A stretch of DNA of 18,315 bases from the NCBI GenBank assembly GCA_036478295.1, contig JAZGDW010000187.1, forward strand, positions 1 through 18,315. Direction: 5' to 3'. The DNA is from Candidatus Krumholzibacteriia bacterium. GTDB taxonomy: Bacteria; Krumholzibacteriota; Krumholzibacteriia; WVZY01. Positions 17,311-18,315 of the stretch are shown here, piece after piece; the stretch's first letter is position 1, and the number at the start of each line of letters is the position of its first letter. Under the pieces are notes generated by a model that saw nothing but the letters and a program-made list of their open reading frames with translations, made no database searches and was not told where the DNA came from. Both the position numbers and the translations under genes were made by a program.

Positions 17311-17336
17311 GAAACGCCTCCTCGGCAAAGAATCGG

Positions 17337-17366
17337 TTGCGGTTTGTGGGCGGTGGAAACTACATT
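17337..17366 (+). promoter_or_regulatory. Putative promoter of tRNA-Asn (TTGCGG-N18-TACATT)
   Basis: Hexamer match ending 9 nt before the tRNA 5' end. Confidence 0.4.
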
Positions 17367-17375
17367 TAAACGGCT

Positions 17376-17451
17376 TCCGGGGTAGTTGAGCTGGAACAAC
17401 GCCACGCTGTTAACGTGGATATCGCAGGTTCGAATCCTGCCCCCGGAGCCA
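17376..17451 (+). tRNA. tRNA-Asn(GTT)
   Basis: Acceptor TCCGGGG/CCCCGGA, G73 plus CCA, D-stem GTTG/CAAC, anticodon arm CCACG-CTGTTAA-CGTGG, T-arm GCAGG-TTCGAAT-CCTGC; 76 nt; U1-A72. Confidence 0.93.
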
Positions 17452-18315
17452 ATTCAGTCGATCCACTGCACCAAGCCCGTCCTGGTTGACTGTAACCGCG
17501 GATTCGACGCTATCGCTGGAAAATGGCCTCGTATGCAAGGCCAACCTGATTTCAGTAGGCGCAAAAACCATCTTGTGGATGAATAGGCGCATCAGTTCCT
17601 TCTGCTCCTCTGGCGTCGCTTGGTTCCAGATTTCCCCGAAGAGCCCGAGGCCCTCTTGAACAGCCTTGGCATTGATGGATCGGTTGGCGATCTCCTTCGC
17701 CTCAAGGTTGATCTGCTCCAGCTCCTCCTCGATTTGACGCTTCTGGACCTCCCGCCGTTCCAGCTCCTGGGCCAGAGCCTGTGACGCGCGGCCCTGGGCC
17801 ACGAATCGGACCATGTTCTTTATCTCCTGCTCGATAGGGGCCAGGGCTCGCCTTTGCAGTTCCCGGCGCTCCGCAATGACAGCCAATTCTGTCTCCGACG
17901 ACAGTTCTGCCTCCGTCAGGATCTGCCGGAGGAACTCGGCGTCTCGACCCATCGTGGTGAGCCGCTCCGCGATGAGGTTCTCCAAGGCATCAGCGCGGAC
18001 ACGCTTCATCTTGCACTCATCGGCGCCGGTATTGATGCCCGTGCACATGTAGTAGAAGTAAACTTGGCTTCGGCCCGAAGAATACGACGGTGTCATGAAG
18101 GCGCCGCACCACCCGCACCGAACCAATCCCTCAAGCAGGAAGCAGTGGCTCTTCTGCTCCCTGGGCTTGGCCCGCACGACCCGGTTGGCAGCAATGTGCT
18201 CGTTGACCGCCTTCCATAGCTCATCGTCGATTATCGGCTGGTGTTTCGCCGGGTAAACTTCGCCTTTGTATGTCACCTTCCCGATGTAGACCGGACTGGT
18301 CAGCGTGTGGATGAG
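17410..18315 (-). CDS. Large serine recombinase/integrase, C-terminal part (5' end beyond the window)
   Basis: Frame is open to the edge: LTSPVYIGKVTYKGEVYPAKHQPIIDDELW (end of recombinase domain), zinc ribbon LLEGLVRCGWCG...YYMC...C, coiled coil, then QKELMRLFIHKMVF. Confidence 0.92.
   Translation of the reverse strand, partial: LIHTLTSPVYIGKVTYKGEVYPAKHQPIIDDELWKAVNEHIAANRVVRAKPREQKSHCFLLEGLVRCGWCGAFMTPSYSSGRSQVYFYYMCTGINTGADECKMKRVRADALENLIAERLTTMGRDAEFLRQILTEAELSSETELAVIAERRELQRRALAPIEQEIKNMVRFVAQGRASQALAQELERREVQKRQIEEELEQINLEAKEIANRSINAKAVQEGLGLFGEIWNQATPEEQKELMRLFIHKMVFAPTEIRLALHTRPFSSDSVESAVTVNQDGLGAVDRLNWLRGQDSNLRYPR
17410..18315. mobile_element. Left edge of an integrative element (prophage or genomic island) inserted at tRNA-Asn
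   Basis: Serine integrase gene converges on and overlaps the tRNA 3' half. The second att site is not in the window. Confidence 0.7.

Noticed and set aside
16363..17328. Two separate genes or a nonsense pseudogene, as in the ORF track
   Set aside because: The halves share a frame, the single TGA falls at the motif Cys position, a SECIS-like hairpin follows, and there are no other lesions.
1..18315. Genome-wide UGA reassignment (genetic code 4 or 25) or a CRISPR array
   Set aside because: TGA terminates tatT, dctQ and mrp at plausible ends and TGG is used for Trp. No regularly spaced repeats were seen.

Overview
GC-rich bacterial chromosomal window from an organism that appears to be diderm, judging by the predicted outer-membrane barrel and lipoprotein. 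From left to right it holds: an N-acetylmuramoyl-L-alanine amidase, smpB, tRNA-Leu(CAG), a four-gene TPAT-type TRAP transporter (tatT-dctP-dctQ-dctM), a MIP/aquaporin, a four-gene PNAG-like exopolysaccharide operon behind a canonical sigma-54 promoter (pgaD-like, pgaC, TPR/beta-barrel pgaA-like, IcaB-like deacetylase), a GAF-GAF-PP2C phosphatase, Mrp/ApbC and yjbQ. The ORF track splits a DUF3179-like gene in two, but the halves are in frame across a single TGA at the Cys position of the family motif (W-U-P-L-T), followed by a bacterial SECIS-like hairpin. It is therefore most likely one secreted selenoprotein. At the right end, an atypical but complete tRNA-Asn(GTT) is overlapped antisense by the 3' end of a large serine recombinase, marking the edge of an integrated element that runs off the window. 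All family calls come from motif recognition by eye; no database search was run.
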